Of a DNA stretch of 17,571 bases, positions 8,617 to 16,205 are shown piece by piece. The notes beneath the pieces are model-generated. The model had not been told where the DNA came from, made no database searches, and was given only the letters and a program-made list of their open reading frames with translations. Made by a program: the position numbers and the translations under genes. Numbering within the stretch: position 1 is the first letter of the stretch; each line of letters starts with the position of its first letter. The DNA is taken from the UHGV virus genome UHGV-0122130; one strand, written 5' to 3'. Source of the stretch: a virus.

Positions 8617-9206
8617 TGAAACCTGTTTTTGATGAAAATGGGCTGGCTACAGTACCGGGTGATATGCGTTGTTTTTATTATGATGCAGTAACGTATGAAT
8701 ATACGGGTTGGTCTGATGAATATATTAATACTGGTGTAAGTATGCCCGCTTGTTCCACTTATATTGACCCGGGCGAAAACATTTCGGGGAAAGTGGTATT
8801 TACGGGGAAGGGATGGCACCATGAAGAAGACCATCGCCATGAGACTGTTTACTCAACCGAAAATGGCGCTGCCGTTACAGTGGATGATATCGGTGCCATC
8901 AAAGACGGTTATGTCACGCTTTCACCGTTAACGCCATACGATAAATGGGATGGGGAAAAATGGGTGACAGATACTGAGGCACAGCACGGTGCTGCAGTAG
9001 AAGCGGCAGAAACACAGCGCCAGTCGCTGATTAATGCTGCAATGGCGTCCATTAGTCTTATTCAACTGAAATTGCAGGCCGGACGGAAGCTGACGCAAAC
9101 AGAAACCACCCGACTAAACGCCGTGCTGGATTACATTGACGCGGTGACGGCAACAGATACCAGCACCGCGCCGGATGTCATCTGGCCTGAACTGCCGGAG
9201 GCGTAG
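8616..9206 (+). CDS. Alternative tail-fibre assembly protein (U'/Tfa), paired with Sv'
   Basis: 196-aa ORF whose start overlaps the Sv' stop (TAATG); conserved Tfa-like C-terminus ...LDYIDAVTATDTSTAPDVIWPELPEA, similar to that of the minus-strand assembly gene. Confidence 0.75.
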   Translation: MKPVFDENGLATVPGDMRCFYYDAVTYEYTGWSDEYINTGVSMPACSTYIDPGENISGKVVFTGKGWHHEEDHRHETVYSTENGAAVTVDDIGAIKDGYVTLSPLTPYDKWDGEKWVTDTEAQHGAAVEAAETQRQSLINAAMASISLIQLKLQAGRKLTQTETTRLNAVLDYIDAVTATDTSTAPDVIWPELPEA

Positions 9207-9618
9207 GCCATTCAATATCTGGAGCACCGGAAGTATCGACCAGTTCCAGTGCGTCCAGATAATCCAGCCACAAATTATATTGCGCCAGTTCCTCACCTTT
9301 CAGACGACCAATAGCTGCTTTACCAGGCCATTGCTTACTGTTTATGTATGCGTTGGCCTTATTAATCAATTGCTGCTTTTGCAATTCAGCTGCTGCAATC
9401 TGTTCTTCATGTGTTGGTGGTGGAATATCAATCCATGCTGGCATTCCGTCGATGACACCTCTGTATTTTCCTTCTGGTGCTTCCTTCATAAATTCGGCGG
9501 CAACAGTGTCGTCAATTTCGATTCCATCATCGGGCCATTCGCCGGATTCCTGATAAGCGATTTTAAGCTCCACAGGGAAAAACGCATTTTTATCGGCACT
9601 GAAAATATATTTCTGCAT
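9178..9618 (-). CDS. Tail-fibre assembly protein (Tfa, P2 G / Mu U equivalent), currently expressed copy
   Basis: 146-aa ORF immediately downstream of H on the minus strand; C-terminus ...LDYLDALELVDTSGAPDIEWPTPP is paralogous to the U' C-terminus. Confidence 0.8.
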   Translation of the reverse strand: MQKYIFSADKNAFFPVELKIAYQESGEWPDDGIEIDDTVAAEFMKEAPEGKYRGVIDGMPAWIDIPPPTHEEQIAAAELQKQQLINKANAYINSKQWPGKAAIGRLKGEELAQYNLWLDYLDALELVDTSGAPDIEWPTPPAVQAR

Positions 9619-9620
9619 TT

Positions 9621-11027
9621 CTACCGTCCTATCGAAATATAACTGAATCTGTATTGCTGTGAGATATTACTGGTTGCCACACGCCACGCTGAATTACTGA
9701 TATGTTCAAAATTTACAGACAAAACCTGCGGGGCAGGATTCGACGGGTCTGACTGAACGGCATCAGACATAACACTGACTGAAACCATCGGTTGATTAGG
9801 GAATGGTATAGGGAAGTGTCCACTGATAATGCGGGTCGTGTTCCCTGAAAAAGTGCCAAACTGAACAATATATCCACTTGGTAGCCTGAACCATCCCGAG
9901 CCAGAAGCGAATGCTCCCATATCCGGTATCTGATTTTCCCCTGTCCCCACATTCCTTCTTGCCGCTTCTCCCAAACCAAGGTATGTGAGAAGACCAGCTA
10001 CATCCTTTCCACTCAAATTAGTCAGCGTATTGTCCAGCGGTTGTTTACCTGCCAGCGCATTAAGCATTGTCGTGGCAAAGTTCGGGTCATTCCCCAGCGC
10101 TGCCGCCAGTTCGTTCAGTGTATCCAGTGCCGCAGGTGCAGAACCCACCATTGCCGCAATTGCCGATTTCACAAAAGCTGTGGTGGCAATCTGTGTATTG
10201 TTGACCGACTGTGCCGCAGTAGGTGCGGTTGGCGTTCCGGTGAGTGCCGGACTCGACAGCGGCGCTTTCAGTGCCAGCGCATTGTTAATGGTGGTACTGA
10301 ATTTCGGATCATTGTTAATGGCTGCGGCTATTTCTTTCAGCGTGTCCAGCGTGGCTGGCGCACCATTAATAAGAGCCGTCAGAGCCGCCTGAACAAACGC
10401 GGTGGTCGCAATCTGCGTGGTGTTATTCCCTGCGGCTGGCGTTGGCGCTTTGGGTGTCCCGGTAAACGTCGGACTTTCTTTGAGTGCATACTGTGAATGC
10501 GGGTCCGGTGCGGCAAGATGTTTTGCCATCTGATCATCCGCGTACACCTTCAGCTCCAGTGCCTTGTCATCCACATACTTGCGGGTTGCCAGCACTACGG
10601 CAGGGTCGATTTTCAGGGTGATATTGTCCGTGCTGCTGGTAATCAGCACCATGCGCACGGTCTGAGTGCGCCCGCTACCTTCAGCCAGTTGCGGCTTATA
10701 GCTTTCCGGGCAGTTGCCCGCGGCAATCAATGCCCCGGACTCATCAAACAAGCCCACTTCACGTATCCACCAACCGCCCTCGTTTTCAGGGATCACCTGT
10801 TCGGCAATAATCTGGCTGCTGTTCTGCGGGTCGATATAGAGCATATTCAGCGCAGCCCGGCGTTTCTCATTTACCAGTGCGGTCTGCTTTGAGTCTGGCG
10901 TTGGCAATACTCCGCCGCCATCGCCGACCGCCATATGGGTAATTTTTAGCGGCACACCGAGCGCGGCGGCGCTGGCAAGTTTCGCCGCGCCAATATCCGT
11001 CAGCAGGGTATAAAATTTTGTGCTCAT
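9621..11027 (-). CDS. H: Tail fibre protein H (constant part plus currently fused variable C-terminus Sv)
   Basis: 468-aa ORF; N-terminus MSTKFYTLLTDIGAAKLA...MAVGDGGG and internal NNTQIATTAFV...LDTLNELAAALGNDPNFATTM repeats match P2 gpH. The C-terminal 119 aa (from L350) lie inside the invertible segment. Confidence 0.9.
   Translation of the reverse strand: MSTKFYTLLTDIGAAKLASAAALGVPLKITHMAVGDGGGVLPTPDSKQTALVNEKRRAALNMLYIDPQNSSQIIAEQVIPENEGGWWIREVGLFDESGALIAAGNCPESYKPQLAEGSGRTQTVRMVLITSSTDNITLKIDPAVVLATRKYVDDKALELKVYADDQMAKHLAAPDPHSQYALKESPTFTGTPKAPTPAAGNNTTQIATTAFVQAALTALINGAPATLDTLKEIAAAINNDPKFSTTINNALALKAPLSSPALTGTPTAPTAAQSVNNTQIATTAFVKSAIAAMVGSAPAALDTLNELAAALGNDPNFATTMLNALAGKQPLDNTLTNLSGKDVAGLLTYLGLGEAARRNVGTGENQIPDMGAFASGSGWFRLPSGYIVQFGTFSGNTTRIISGHFPIPFPNQPMVSVSVMSDAVQSDPSNPAPQVLSVNFEHISNSAWRVATSNISQQYRFSYISIGR
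9966..9991 (-). repeat. Invertase recombination site (gix/hix-like) inside the H coding sequence, at the constant/variable junction
   Basis: Minus strand reads TTCTCACATACC-TT-GGTTTGGGAGAA with 10/12 internal dyad symmetry; the core TT sits at positions 2-3 of codon L350 of H. Confidence 0.65.
10029..10472 (-). repeat. Diverged tandem duplication (two units of about 74 codons) inside tail-fibre gene H
   Basis: Protein segments around aa 186-259 and 260-333 align (NTTQIATTAFVQAALTALINGAPATLDTLKEIAAAINNDPKF... versus NNTQIATTAFVKSAIAAMVGSAPAALDTLNELAAALGNDPNF...); the nucleotide copies are visibly related. Confidence 0.6.
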
Positions 11028-11629
11028 GGATTCACTCTCATTGTGTCAATAACATGGACCGCCCCGCCTTCATGCGCGGTGCCGCCAGAAATAATTGTTT
11101 CGTTGATATACGGATAGATCGTGATTTCTTCGCCAAGATAGCTGGCGGCCCCCACCCAATGCGGACCGCTGGTCTGCAGATTGATGGACATGCCGATCAT
11201 GTGACGGCTACATGGTTTGGCATCGCTTATCAGCCGCTCAAGTTCCAGATAGGTATCTTCAGTGATGCCCTGGTCCTGCACGCCGATATCCAGGCGAAAC
11301 GTGCCCGGTGTTTCTCCGGTCTGCCACCACTCAATAATGCGGATCAGGAATCCGAACGGTTCCACCACCCGCCGCACGGCACTGGTGGTTCCTTTATGCT
11401 GATGAATATAAAAAGCATCCTTCACTACCTGGCGTTTGACGCTTTCTGTCCAGCCCTCGTCCCAGCGATCCACAGAGAACGCCCAGGCGAGATAAGGCAG
11501 GAAGCTGACCGGACAGGTAGCCGGATTCCACAAGTCACGCAGCGACACCTGCAGATCAGAAATCCCGCTACAGGTTTGCGCCAGTCGGCGCTCCAGTGAA
11601 GTTGAACCCGGTGGCAGCAGACTATTCAT
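11024..11629 (-). CDS. I: Baseplate/tail protein I (P2 gpI)
   Basis: 201-aa ORF with P2 gpI-like motifs (LWNPATCP, LPYLAWAFSVDRWDE, GTFRLDIGV); overlaps the H start by 4 nt. Confidence 0.85.
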   Translation of the reverse strand: MNSLLPPGSTSLERRLAQTCSGISDLQVSLRDLWNPATCPVSFLPYLAWAFSVDRWDEGWTESVKRQVVKDAFYIHQHKGTTSAVRRVVEPFGFLIRIIEWWQTGETPGTFRLDIGVQDQGITEDTYLELERLISDAKPCSRHMIGMSINLQTSGPHWVGAASYLGEEITIYPYINETIISGGTAHEGGAVHVIDTMRVNP

Positions 11630-12530
11630 CCGTTCCTCCGTTGGTTACGCTCCACTGCGTACATGATGCCGCCTGTGTTTTGTTCAGGACCACATCCGCC
11701 AGAGGAGAAGCCAGCTCCACACGCTGCACACCCTCAACATGCAGGGCGGCAAAGATGGCGCTACGGCGAATATCCCGACCAAGACGCGTCTGACTGGCGA
11801 TGTACTTCTGCAGGCTGGCTTTTGCCGCTGCCATTACCGGCTCTGCTTCCGGTCCCGGATAGAGAAAAATGGTGGCTTCCACGCGATACGGGATGATTTC
11901 TGCGCTGCGAACCGTCAGACGGTCAGCCACCGGGCGGACGCTCTCACTGTTCAGAGCTTTTTCCACCACGTCCAGCAGGTCTTTTTCTGCAGTTCCATCG
12001 CCTTCGCGGCTAAGGACAGTCAGCACCACCTCTGCAGGTGCCGGGCTGGTTGCACTGGCATCCGCCACCCGACCGTCGGCGCTTCGGGCATGAAATTCAT
12101 AAGCTGCAGTTGGCCCCGCAACAGAAAGCCCTTCAAAGGCTGCAGGCACACGCAGGCGTAACGCTTCATCGCTTTCCATCACAGCTGCAACGGGCGGCAC
12201 AGCATCATTATCAGCAGGCGTCACCGTCAGGCGTGTCACGTTGTAGTTGGCAGCGAGCTGGTCAAGATCGCCGCCCATCGCGTAAGCCACCATCACCGCC
12301 TGCGCGGCTTCGTTAATGCGCTGGCGCAGAAGCAACTCACGGTAAGCGTTCTCCTGCAACAATTTAGTGACGGGTTCAGATTCCAGTTCCAGCGTGCGGA
12401 TCACGGCTTCCTGCTCATCTTTCGGATGAAGCGCCACAAATTCTGCCTTGCGTTCGGCAAGCAGCGTCTCAAAGTCCGGCACATCCACAATCTGCGGTGC
12501 AGGCAACTGCGAAAGGTCAATCACTGCCAT
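11622..12530 (-). CDS. J: Baseplate assembly protein J (P2 gpJ)
   Basis: ORF 11622..12569; P2 gpJ-like N-terminus MAVIDLSQLPAPQIVD begins at the internal Met (12530). Confidence 0.85.
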   Translation of the reverse strand: MAVIDLSQLPAPQIVDVPDFETLLAERKAEFVALHPKDEQEAVIRTLELESEPVTKLLQENAYRELLLRQRINEAAQAVMVAYAMGGDLDQLAANYNVTRLTVTPADNDAVPPVAAVMESDEALRLRVPAAFEGLSVAGPTAAYEFHARSADGRVADASATSPAPAEVVLTVLSREGDGTAEKDLLDVVEKALNSESVRPVADRLTVRSAEIIPYRVEATIFLYPGPEAEPVMAAAKASLQKYIASQTRLGRDIRRSAIFAALHVEGVQRVELASPLADVVLNKTQAASCTQWSVTNGGTDE

Positions 12531-12876
12531 TCTCTGCTCCTGTTGATACGGAAAGGGACACAGGCACACCGTTATTCCGCCGCCCGGTCAGCTCCACCAC
12601 CATAGAACCGTCAAAGTTGCTGTTGATGGTGATGGAATCCAGCGTCAGCCGTGGCTCCCAGCGACTCAGCGCCACATACACTGCCGACATGACCTGCAGG
12701 CGTAATGCCGGATTTTGTGGCTGATCTATCAGTGCCGACAGTAGGGAACCATATTCCCGACGGGCAATGCGGCTACCCTGCGGCGTCAGCAGAATGTCCC
12801 GCACCGACTGGCGCAGATGGTCAATATCAGTAATGACTTTGCCGCTGGTATTGTTCATCCCGCTATAAAGCGTCAT
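12517..12876 (-). CDS. W: Baseplate protein W (gp25/GPW family)
   Basis: 119-aa ORF between V and J with the expected size and synteny. Confidence 0.85.
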   Translation of the reverse strand: MTLYSGMNNTSGKVITDIDHLRQSVRDILLTPQGSRIARREYGSLLSALIDQPQNPALRLQVMSAVYVALSRWEPRLTLDSITINSNFDGSMVVELTGRRNNGVPVSLSVSTGAENGSD

Positions 12877-13451
12877 ACCGGGCCTCCGGTTGTGTCGCCG
12901 CCTTTCAGGACGCCAGTATGCTGATGTGCATCAACCACAATTCCGTTAGAACTCATTGCACCGCCGCCCTGGGTAACACCACCATTGATCACTACTTCGC
13001 TGTTAATACGCGTGCGGTCAGCCTCCAGCACAAACTCACTGGTTTTCAGGGTGATGTTGTCGGCAGCCTCAATGACCATGGATTTGATGCCCCTGACATA
13101 CCAGCGCCCGGTGGCGGGTTCGTATTCAAACCAGCCACCGTCAGGATGCTCTGTCACACAGGCGTCCGCCGACGTCGAAGGTGGCGCGAACTGATTCGAA
13201 TAGACAGCGGGCAACGCAAAGGCGGTTTCCAGATTGCCTCCCAGACTCAGCAGCACCACCTGCTCACCTTCCGATGGTTTCCACCATGTGCGGGCATTAC
13301 CCGCGCGCAGCGTCAGCCAACTGATCCAGTTAGTTTCAAGCTCGCCTGTTTTCACCCGACAAAGCCAGTTTTCCCGGTCCACTTCGGTGACTACACCTGT
13401 GCGGATCAGATTGGTGATAAGGCGCATGATTTCGGTTAATTGTGCGTTCAT
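12873..13451 (-). CDS. V: Baseplate spike/assembly protein V (P2 gpV)
   Basis: 192-aa ORF; position, size and motifs (RTWWKPSEGEQV, TGGPV C-terminus) match P2 gpV. Confidence 0.85.
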   Translation of the reverse strand: MNAQLTEIMRLITNLIRTGVVTEVDRENWLCRVKTGELETNWISWLTLRAGNARTWWKPSEGEQVVLLSLGGNLETAFALPAVYSNQFAPPSTSADACVTEHPDGGWFEYEPATGRWYVRGIKSMVIEAADNITLKTSEFVLEADRTRINSEVVINGGVTQGGGAMSSNGIVVDAHQHTGVLKGGDTTGGPV

Positions 13452-13496
13452 AGGGAAAGGTTGCCATCAGGGGAAGAAAGGCGGCAGTGCTGCAAC

Positions 13497-13516
13497 TTGT
13501 ATCAGTGCTGATACAA
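13497..13516 (-). promoter_or_regulatory. Candidate late promoter activator site (TTGT-N12-ACAA; 9-bp perfect palindrome arms) upstream of V
   Basis: ttgtatcagtgctgatacaa at 13497..13516, in the short S-V intergenic interval. P2 has a separate late promoter for the V operon. The centre is only about 55 nt from the V ATG, which leaves little leader. Confidence 0.4.
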
Positions 13517-13519
13517 AGA

Positions 13520-13966
13520 TCACCCCGCCAGCCATTGCAGAATCATGTCGCGGGTCATTGCCTCAACATCATCATTTACACCCAGCAGGCGGCGCTCTGC
13601 GTAACGGACCTCCGGTCCTTTGCGACTGACGCGATCACGCAGACCGTAATGGTGAACACGGGCAATACGCTGCACCTTGCCTTCAAACTGTACGCTGGCA
13701 GAGTCGGCGCTGGCGGCAGTTTTCAGGTATTTTGTGGTGCGCAGCTTTGCAAACATCTGACGTTTGATGCGCCCCTTCTTGCTGCGTGCTGTTACCCTGC
13801 GCGGTTCATAACTGCTACCATCTGGATTGCGCTGCATCCTGATATTCTGCTGCTGTGTCCGGCGCAGTTCCTGCGCCAGCTGGCGCATCATTCGGCTTCT
13901 TGCGGCTGGTTCCAGATTCGCCAGTAAAGCACTCAGCCAGTCGTCCACCTTCTGCAGTTCAGCCAC
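13520..13966 (-). CDS. S: Tail completion / virion morphogenesis protein S (P2 gpS)
   Basis: 148-aa ORF with the expected size and synteny between R and V. Confidence 0.85.
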   Translation of the reverse strand: MAELQKVDDWLSALLANLEPAARSRMMRQLAQELRRTQQQNIRMQRNPDGSSYEPRRVTARSKKGRIKRQMFAKLRTTKYLKTAASADSASVQFEGKVQRIARVHHYGLRDRVSRKGPEVRYAERRLLGVNDDVEAMTRDMILQWLAG

Positions 13967-14411
13967 GTTTCACCGTCCACATTTCTTCAGGTTCATCGGG
14001 TTCCGCTACCGCTTCAACGCTCGACACACTGCCGTCAGTGCTGACCAGCACACGCTCCGTCAGCTGCAGGTTCAGGCTGATATCACAGACATCGTTGCGC
14101 AGAATATCCACCTCAAAGGTGAATAGCTTTTCCCGTAACGTCGGGTTATTGATGGCATCAGGCTGGTTATCCCGCAGCCACAGCAAAACCGGGGCCATCA
14201 GCAGATTCTGGTCGCCGCTGAAATCTTCAATCACCGCGTTCAGGGTGTAACGGTACTCCCACGACATGGAGCTGACCCCCGTGGCAACCAGCGAACCGTT
14301 ATCCACAAACAGATGCAGTTTGTCCGGGTTATTGCGGACATAAGGCACCGCTTTATTGAGGGCGTGGCGCAGGGATTGTGGTTTGTTCACTGTTTCGCTC
14401 CTGACACGCAA
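13959..14411 (-). CDS. R: Tail completion protein R (P2 gpR)
   Basis: 150-aa ORF; P2 gpR-like stretches (LHLFVDNGS, RYTLNAVIEDFSGD, LWLRDNQPD). Confidence 0.8.
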   Translation of the reverse strand: MRVRSETVNKPQSLRHALNKAVPYVRNNPDKLHLFVDNGSLVATGVSSMSWEYRYTLNAVIEDFSGDQNLLMAPVLLWLRDNQPDAINNPTLREKLFTFEVDILRNDVCDISLNLQLTERVLVSTDGSVSSVEAVAEPDEPEEMWTVKRG

Positions 14412-14643
14412 TAATCATGTCCACTTTGTCTGCACAGACCGCCCAGGCGGCCTCCGTTTCATCCAGCAACGCGTTCAGATCACCGTTAGTGCGCGGCGCT
14501 GCCTGATCCAGCCGACACGGCGTCACTCGCGGACAACCACTGACGGTAAGCTGCACCTCCGGTGAGCGTCGGACGTTCCCGCAGCCGGATAATGTCAGCA
14601 GGCAAAGGAGTATCAGCCCAGCGGCGTAAATCCTCGTTCTCAC
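14353..14643 (-). CDS. lysC: o-spanin lipoprotein (LysC/Rz1-like), embedded in and extending beyond lysB
   Basis: 96-aa ORF MRTRIYAAGLILLCLLTLSGCG... with a signal peptide and LSGC lipobox, Pro-rich mature part; starts inside lysB in another frame and overlaps the start of R, as in P2. Confidence 0.75.
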   Translation of the reverse strand: MRTRIYAAGLILLCLLTLSGCGNVRRSPEVQLTVSGCPRVTPCRLDQAAPRTNGDLNALLDETEAAWAVCADKVDMIIACQERNSEQTTIPAPRPQ

Positions 14644-14914
14644 GCTTCAGTTCCTCGATCCGGTGTTGTCGTTGTCTCAGCAGCGCGCTGGTCTGTTCTG
14701 CTTCGGCATAGAGTCGCGCCTGCTCCCGGTTATTGGTTTCAGTCAGAATGGACAGGCTGATAAGCTGGCTGTTGCTCTTTGCCAGTGCCTGGCTTTTGCT
14801 CTGCAGCTCGTCTGCCTGCGTGCTAATGGTCTGGCTGGCATCAGCCAGCCGCCACGTCTGCCAGCCCAGCGCCGCCAGTAATAACGCCAGCACAACCAGC
14901 AGCAACCGGTTCAT
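14486..14914 (-). CDS. lysB: i-spanin (LysB/Rz-like)
   Basis: 142-aa ORF with an N-terminal transmembrane segment (LLLVVLALLLAALGW) followed by charged coiled-coil-like sequence. Confidence 0.75.
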   Translation of the reverse strand: MNRLLLVVLALLLAALGWQTWRLADASQTISTQADELQSKSQALAKSNSQLISLSILTETNNREQARLYAEAEQTSALLRQRQHRIEELKRENEDLRRWADTPLPADIIRLRERPTLTGGAAYRQWLSASDAVSAGSGSAAH

Positions 14915-15288
14915 GCTGCTACCTGTTGCGCCATCTGATTACGAGTGATCCAGAAGGCAATAACGGTCAGTAGATAAAAGACCAGGGTAATAGCCCACCC
15001 CGTCCAGGCGAGACTTACAACAATCAGCAATCGCATCACCCAACTGGTAAATACGTTTTCTTTTCGGGTAATTGTCTTCAGCAAAGATGCCCTTAACTCC
15101 TGCCAGAGCGGGCCATTCTTAATTAACGCAGCCAGTGCTACCGGAATTGCCGCCCATGTCAGTAAACAGGCTACCCAAACGCCGGACGCTGCCAGTACCG
15201 GAAAAATCCCCTGCGGATACACCATTGCTGCGATTAACAGCGCCATCCATAACATCAGAAACAGTCCGCTGATTAATTTCTTTTTCAT
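14911..15288 (-). CDS. lysA: LysA-like membrane protein (lysis timing; putative antiholin)
   Basis: ORF 14911..15360 with four predicted transmembrane helices. Start placed at the internal Met (15288), which has AGGGAG about 10 nt upstream and abuts the K stop. Confidence 0.7.
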   Translation of the reverse strand: MKKKLISGLFLMLWMALLIAAMVYPQGIFPVLAASGVWVACLLTWAAIPVALAALIKNGPLWQELRASLLKTITRKENVFTSWVMRLLIVVSLAWTGWAITLVFYLLTVIAFWITRNQMAQQVAA

Positions 15289-15289
15289 T

Positions 15290-15802
15290 TCAGTTTGCTC
15301 CCTGTAAGCACCAGGCCATCTCCCGCGCACGGCGGTTATCCAGCCCCTGATTAAACACACCTTTCACATAAACCCAGCGCGGCAACTGTCGGCACGCATC
15401 CGCCCAGCGCCGCTGATTGAGCAATTTCACCAGCGTGGAACTACAGGCATTGCCCGTCCCCACGTTGAAGGCAAACGACACCGTAGTGTCATACACCTTC
15501 TGTGGTGACTGTTGCTTCACACACCTTTCCAGTGCCCGCTCCACACGCAGCACGTTGGAGATTAGCCCTTCTGCTGCCTGTCGTTCCGTGATTGTTTTGC
15601 CGGGAATGACGCCCGATGTATTACCAATGCCGTCGGTCCAGACACCCGCGCTGCACTGATACGGCTGCAGACGACAGCCTTCGTAATCGGCAATCAGTTT
15701 CAGCCCCTCCACGGAGGTGTGAAGCTGCTGAAACCCCGGCAGCGTGGCAGCAATAGCCAGCACGGCCCCTACAAGGCAGCGTTTAACGATTGATGGATTC
15801 AT
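15290..15802 (-). CDS. K: Endolysin, T4-lysozyme-like muramidase (gpK), possibly SAR type
   Basis: 170-aa ORF with DYEG...GVWTDGIGNT (Glu/Asp/Thr catalytic-triad pattern of phage lysozymes) and a weakly hydrophobic Gly/Ala-rich N-terminus (CLVGAVLAIAATLPG). Confidence 0.85.
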   Translation of the reverse strand: MNPSIVKRCLVGAVLAIAATLPGFQQLHTSVEGLKLIADYEGCRLQPYQCSAGVWTDGIGNTSGVIPGKTITERQAAEGLISNVLRVERALERCVKQQSPQKVYDTTVSFAFNVGTGNACSSTLVKLLNQRRWADACRQLPRWVYVKGVFNQGLDNRRAREMAWCLQGAN

Positions 15803-15998
15803 AGTCCTCCCGCGAGATCTGCCCGTCGCGCAGAAGCTGGTAGGCTTTGTGTTTGTAGTACCAGTTGATAGCCAGCATCAGCACACCGATCATCAGGCCG
15901 CCCAGCGTTGAGGCATCCTTGATGGACAAATCGCCCAGCCAGGCCAGCACGACGGCGATGCAATACGTGATAAAGGCGCTGATTCGCTCAAGCGTCAT
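15783..15998 (-). CDS. Y: Holin (two transmembrane segments; P2 gpY position)
   Basis: 71-aa ORF with two hydrophobic helices and a charged C-terminus, located between X and the endolysin gene. Confidence 0.7.
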   Translation of the reverse strand: MTLERISAFITYCIAVVLAWLGDLSIKDASTLGGLMIGVLMLAINWYYKHKAYQLLRDGQISREDYESINR

Positions 15999-16001
15999 AA
16001 T

Positions 16002-16205
16002 TCAGTCCCATAGCTGGACGGTCTGCACGGTGGTGGTAGTCGGAATGTCCGGCAGCTCCACCTGCAACCCGTGAGGTAAAAAGGGGCCGTATTCGGCAAG
16101 CCCCGGATTTGCCTTCAGTACCTGCTCCGTGACACCCTGCGTGCGCCCGTAATGACGCCAGCAAAGCGCGTCCACCGTGTCATACTGATGCGCACGCACT
16201 TTCAT
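16002..16205 (-). CDS. X: Tail protein X (P2 gpX, LysM-like)
   Basis: 67-aa ORF MKVRAHQYDTVDALCWRHYGRTQGVTEQVLKANPGLAEYGPFLPHGLQVELPD, closely matching P2 gpX in length and sequence. Confidence 0.88.
   Translation of the reverse strand: MKVRAHQYDTVDALCWRHYGRTQGVTEQVLKANPGLAEYGPFLPHGLQVELPDIPTTTTVQTVQLWD

Larger units (their letters stand above)
8160..9978. other. Invertible tail-fibre segment (about 1.8 kb), G-segment / P-segment analogue
   Basis: Bounded by the two inverted gix-like sites. Contains the expressed Sv and tail-fibre assembly gene on the minus strand and a silent Sv'/U' pair on the plus strand. Adjacent to a Gin-like invertase. Confidence 0.65.

Noticed and set aside
9985-10892. 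Plus-strand ORFs 9985..10392, 10041..10496 and 10497..10892 opposite tail-fibre gene H
   Set aside because: Antisense to H. Cys/Arg-rich or Ala-rich translations are artefacts of the repetitive Ala/Thr-rich fibre sequence on the opposite strand.
9621-11027. Diversity-generating retroelement acting on the tail fibre
   Set aside because: No reverse transcriptase ORF and no template/variable repeat pair in the window; fibre variability is explained by the invertase system.
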